Below are positions 59,201-64,000 of a stretch of DNA of 64,000 nucleotides, in pieces. The notes beneath the pieces are model-generated. The model had not been told where the DNA came from, searched no databases, and was given only the letters and a program-made list of their open reading frames with translations. The position numbers and the translations under genes were made by a program. The stretch's first letter is position 1, and each line of letters starts with the position of its first letter. This DNA comes from Stylophora pistillata (Eukaryota): positions 363,850-427,849 of the forward strand of contig NW_019217891.1 of NCBI RefSeq assembly GCF_002571385.2, given 5' to 3'.

Positions 59201-60137
59201 GTTCCTTAACAATGTTTTAGAGAAGTTATTTGATGACAAAGCTTCCGAGACAACACCCAATCGCCCTCAAGAAAAAGCGCATGGTAATCTCGTTTCCATG
59301 GATACAAACTTGGACTTGAGCGCCAAATTATCAGCTTTGATGTCGCATTTTTCTTCGGAGAGCCGACCAAGATACTTGAATGGTGAATTCCTCTCCTTAG
59401 TGGCAAAGAAGTTGTTCCCTGGCAAGGAAGAATTAGATGTAAACGGTTTTGACGAGAGCTCAGTGGCTAGTAGGGAAGCTGGTGAAGAAATATCCTGGAG
59501 TAAGAACAGAGACCACTCTACAGCGGAGTCCCCTTCCAATGATGTCATCATTGGCTTGAGAGAGAAAAAAACTGATGGTCGCCTTCATGAAGATGGAGCA
59601 GATGATTGGCATGGAGTTAGCTTGGGGGTAGTTGCAAGGCTTGTCGAGACGTTAGCATCGTCAAGCGACGCGGAGAGTGACAGTTCTAGTTCCAGTGATT
59701 ACGTTACATCAGACTCAAGCGCTGCAGAGGACTGTGACCGAGTCAGATCACGCCATGTCACACGCAACAACAAGGTTTTCCATCATACCACAGTGAACTG
59801 TCAAGACAAACCGGAAAAGGAATCCACTAATTCAACCACAGCTCCGGGAGATTCACTTTCGTCATCTTCATCATCTTCATTGTCAGCTTCGTCGTCACTG
59901 TCATCAACTGCATCGCCATCACCATCGACTAAACCGCGGAAGAAAGTGAAAAGCAAGCTACATCAGAGGTATTATCACGTGTTTTGCGCTGGGGAGTTAG
60001 TGAAGTTAGTTCAAGAGGGAATTCCATCTGCTGTACTACTCAAAGAATATCATGATCACGGAAACTGGGCGGCCGTTTGGGAAAAGGAAAGCTTAGAGCC
60101 AAAAGTTGACCAATCGAATTTGCACATGAAAAATTAG
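56293..60137 (+). CDS. TRMT9B: Probable tRNA methyltransferase 9B (Trm9/ALKBH8-type class I SAM methyltransferase), 4 exons, 586 aa
   Basis: Exons 56293-56452, 57432-57730, 58535-58586 and 58888-60137 (1761 nt, GT-AG). Motifs ELEKHHVRDVYNQIAPHF, AWPKVEEFL, DVGCGTGRY, FDAVISIGVIHHF, LKPGGKMLVYVWAFEQ, QDVLVP, and C-terminal RYYHVF...HDHGNW after a long Ser-rich insert as in TRMT9B/KIAA1456. No RRM or AlkB domain. Confidence 0.88.
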
Positions 60138-62517
60138 CTTCTGCGAACAGCCATGTCCTCTGTTAAAATTGCACTAGGGCAAAGAGTTGATCCATGTGAA
60201 GGAATGGAAACGAGTTAAGTCGATGCTGGTAATTGTACCAGACATAGAAGACAGTTTTGCTACATTTTCTCCGTGCGCTTTTCCATAAGTAGTCAGAATT
60301 GGCGGACGTTGGGTGTTGGCTAATTTTCTGATTTTTACCCAACCATCAGTCTTTTAAAAGGTTTCCGTTTGCGGTTATTATAGCTTGAAAAAGGCAAAGC
60401 AAAGTAAAAAGTACGATGAATGTGAAAGGCAAACGGTGGAAGAGAGCACTCATCCGAATCAGCTTGCTTGCCGGCCACGTTTAACATACGTCTCCCTACG
60501 GCACAAGCGTCGTTTTTTGGTACATTCAGACGCGTGGAGGACTACGTGAGGTGAAGGCAAAAGACGAATCTTGTGCGGCAGTGATTCGCCCGTCTGCTCG
60601 CCTGAATAAGCAAACAATTTACACCTGAACTGCAGGCTAAACATTTGCAATTTCTTTCTTTCCTATTACTATTTTCTGTTTAAATTTTTACTCTCTTTTA
60701 CAACTCTAAACGGCAACCACTTCGCAAGCTACTCAACAAGGCGTAAAAATAACACGCCTGACTTAAAGTTTCCGCAGATACTAAAATGGCTAAATTCTTT
60801 GAAGCATGTTAATTTTTACAAAATAATTGCGGCGAGAAATTCGGTGTTAAATTGTGTTAGAATTTATAAAAGTAAATGTGACTGTAAAGGAAGGAATCAG
60901 ACACGGGAATCTAAACAGTAATATTTTATACTAAGTAACAGATTTGTGATCTTAAGCATTATTTTTAATTGTATAAGGCAAGAAAGAAATTTATATTTAA
61001 TATAATTTGACAGTTTTTTTTTAAGTTTTAGTTCCTTTCTTAAATGGACGGCTTACCTCAATTATTTTTAACCTAGGATATTTAATTAAAAGATATTTAT
61101 ATGCTAGATGTGTCAGTCTGAACTTTCGAAAGCGCTTAAAATGTTGAATTTTAATTGCATGGCAAAGAGCTCAGTAACTTATTTGATTATTTTTAAGATC
61201 GATGAATAAAACTACATGCATAATATTCTTTGTTTTAGTATATTATCCAGTGTGGTGAAGTATTGTAATAAAGCAATAGAACACATTTTTCCGGGCTCTA
61301 AAACGCGATTGGGAGAACACGAGGAGAGGTTATAAATCACGAGCCGAAAGCGAGAAAATTACAAGCTTTCATCTTGTTCTCCCAACATCCCAGGTGGCTT
61401 TAATTTATCACGTTAAAAGAGCCCGGAGAAATGCGCTCCATTGCATTTATGACATAGTCACATGCAAGCTGTATGAGCTGACAAAGCATCCGCTTGGAAA
61501 CTGAATTGACCAATCAGACGATGTGCACTATTTTGGTTACGTCCTCAAAGTCCTTAAAATCCGTGTACCGTACATTACTGTGCCAACCGTGTTTTCAATG
61601 TGTTGGAAAATGACAGTGAAATTTCATTCTCGTATTTCGGTTTTCTTCCGGGCTGTAAAAACAAAATTAATTTTCCATGTCCCGAAATCTTTTTTTGGAA
61701 ACATGACATCCGACTTTCCTTTTCGCTTTTCAGTTTTCCCCGTCTGGTGCACAACTGAAATTAAAGTCAGTAGGTTGCCCTAATATGTTTCAGAGGGGTG
61801 TGAAGAATCCCAACGCACTGGCGTGATGTTACGCAGCGATTTTATACCGCGTAGGTTCGTCCTTCACGCGCGCCTTTAATCTATGACTCGCTCTGTTCGG
61901 TTCAGCGTACTTACTGCATGAATTAAGAGATGATGGGTTAGAGAATGTTCGCATTACAGGTTATCCCCGTGGCTAAAAAAAATTAACTTGTGATATCAAT
62001 ACTAATAAATGTATAATGTCCTAAGATCTACAGGCGCGGCGGCTAACAGCTTGGTGCCTTTCGTCTGACTCGTGTTCTCAAAGAATTTAACCATGCAATT
62101 ATTACAAGTTTGAGAATTTTTCGGTTTTGCTTTACCGTAACGATGTGATTTGTTGCACTACTGCAAAGTTTCTCAGGTGAGTTCAAAAAGTTTCATAAGA
62201 ATGGTCAATGGCCAATGCCGGTGGCTTTGACCACGTGTACACCTCGAGAGGCCGCGTAATCACATGATCACAGGGAAACTGGGGAGAGAGGAAAGCGTCC
62301 ACAATAGCCGGAAAACCGGGTTAAAGCCATATGACCGCCATTTTCTTGTGGTTAATGCCCTTGAGGCTAATTGAAACCTTCTCCAACGTTTCCTGTAGCT
62401 GAATGCCGTGTCTAGTAGCCACTGCAATCGATTTGAAGCTGCGAAATCGATAAAGGAATTGTGATCGTCGAAACTTTGGAGTCTCAGAAATTTGCTTTGC
62501 TTGCATATTGCAACAAT

Positions 62518-63698
62518 ATGGGAGACATTATAGTGGACACTTTCCACTACGAAGCACACAGTCTGCCAAACGAGGCTTTTGACGTGTTGGTTCAGTTTTT
62601 CAGGGAGAAGAAGTTATGTGATGTGATCATTCAAGCTGGAGAGCGTAAAGTCAAGTGCCATCGTGTTGTTTTGTCTTCGTGCAGTCCATATTTCCGCGGA
62701 ATGTTTACGAATGACATGATAGAATGCTCCAAGGACACTGTTGTCATTCATGGATTATCCGAAGAAGCGGTTATTCAGTTGATTAACTTCATTTACACGC
62801 GAAAAATTACAATCAGTATTGACAATATTGAAGCTCTATTGACTGCAGCAGCTGTGTTTCAACTTGATCTAGTTGTTCATGCTTGTTGTGAGTTCATGAA
62901 ACGGCATCTTCATCCGTCAAATTGTTTAGAAATGAGAGCGTACGCAGAGCTTCACGGCTGTAGAGACTTTATTGAAGCAGCAGACGCTTATTCAAGAAGT
63001 TGTTTCTTGAGTCTTATGAACACAGACGCCCTTCTTAAAACCTCTTTTAGACATTTTCTTGCCATTATCTCTGGAGAAGACCTTTTTGTGAAACGCGAGG
63101 AGCAGGTTTTTGAGGCCATTGTAGCCTGGGTGCGATATGACTTAGTTTCTCGTGAACAGTTTCTGTCGGACTTGTTAAGTCATGTGCGACTTCCCATGAT
63201 TGCCACTGATTACCTTATACAACGTGTGGAAAGAGACTTGATCATCAGAAGCAATGTTGCATGTCGTGATTTGATAGACGAGGCAAAGAATGTTAAACTT
63301 TATCCTTCTTTGGTGAAAGTAAATATCAGGGCTCAACCACGCAAGTCCACATCTGGAACCTTATTTTCTATCGGTGGTCGTGGGAAGTCAGGTGATCCTC
63401 TTAAGTGTATTGAATGCTATGATTGGTTTCACAACTGTTGGTTCCAAGTAGCAGAAGTTTCAACACCTCGCAGGCATGTGGCGGTGGCCTCTGTTGCAGG
63501 CAAGGTATATGCAATCGGTGGGCATGATGGCAGTCAGCACCTTAACACTGTGGAGTGCCTTGACCCTGAAGTTAACCAATGGAAGATAGTTTCATCCATG
63601 GAAATTTCACGGCGTGGAATGTCTGCTGGTGTCCTGGAAGGAGTAATATATGTTGCTGGAGGTTTGGATGAGACAACCTGCTTTGATGCTGTAGAAAG
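62518..63698 (+). CDS. KLHL8: Kelch-like protein 8 (BTB-BACK-Kelch), first visible coding exon; gene continues past this exon
   Basis: BTB (LCDVII...CHRVVLSSCSPYFRGMFT), BACK (LHPSNCL...EEQVFEAIVAWVRYD...VRLP) and Kelch repeats GGRGKSGDPLKCIECY / RRHVAV...VYAIGGHDGSQHL / GGLDETTCFDAVER, matching my recollection of KLHL8. Ends at donor AG|gtgaac. Confidence 0.85.
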
Positions 63699-64000
63699 GT
63701 GAACAGAAATTATCATTAATTTTTTTCTTTTTTTTTTTTTGTGATGTAAGCATCTGTGCTCTGAAAATTCATTTTCATTGCAGTAAGGACCAGAGTGCTT
63801 CTCCGGGCCTAAGACAATGCAATTCTCATATTGCATTGTGGATACCAAATTATTGAGAGCGTACAGCAGACTGCTCAACCTAAGGTTGCAGCAAAAAGCA
63901 TGCTGTACCCCAAAATTCCCTCTCCATAATTATTGGCCCTTTTAAAATGCAAGCAGATCTACCATGGGATACCTGTCAACTGAATTTTGAATAATAAAGG

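Overview
Eukaryotic, AT-rich, intron-containing DNA with several N-gaps. The repeat types and gene content point to an anthozoan, most likely a stony coral (inference, no database check). About 2.8-53 kb is a tandem birth-and-death cluster of genes for a secreted mosaic protein: signal peptide, 4-Cys PAN/Apple domain, EGF domain and an atypical fibrinogen-related C-terminal domain. I could splice by hand two intact copies (2803-4754 and 32301-35017), one copy truncated by a gap (40234-42124), two pseudogenes (21888-24764 and 42672-45696) and several orphan exons. An NLR-type 28-aa LRR fragment lies inside the cluster. The cluster is dense in Penelope-like retroelement remnants with minimal hammerhead-ribozyme motifs, L2/CR1-type LINE relics, tRNA-derived SINE-like repeats, hairpin MITEs and segmental duplications. 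The right end holds two conserved genes on the + strand: TRMT9B-like (56293-60137, 4 exons) and a first coding exon of a KLHL8-like gene (62518-63698). Exon boundaries were read by eye from GT/AG sites and reading frame; percent identities are visual estimates.
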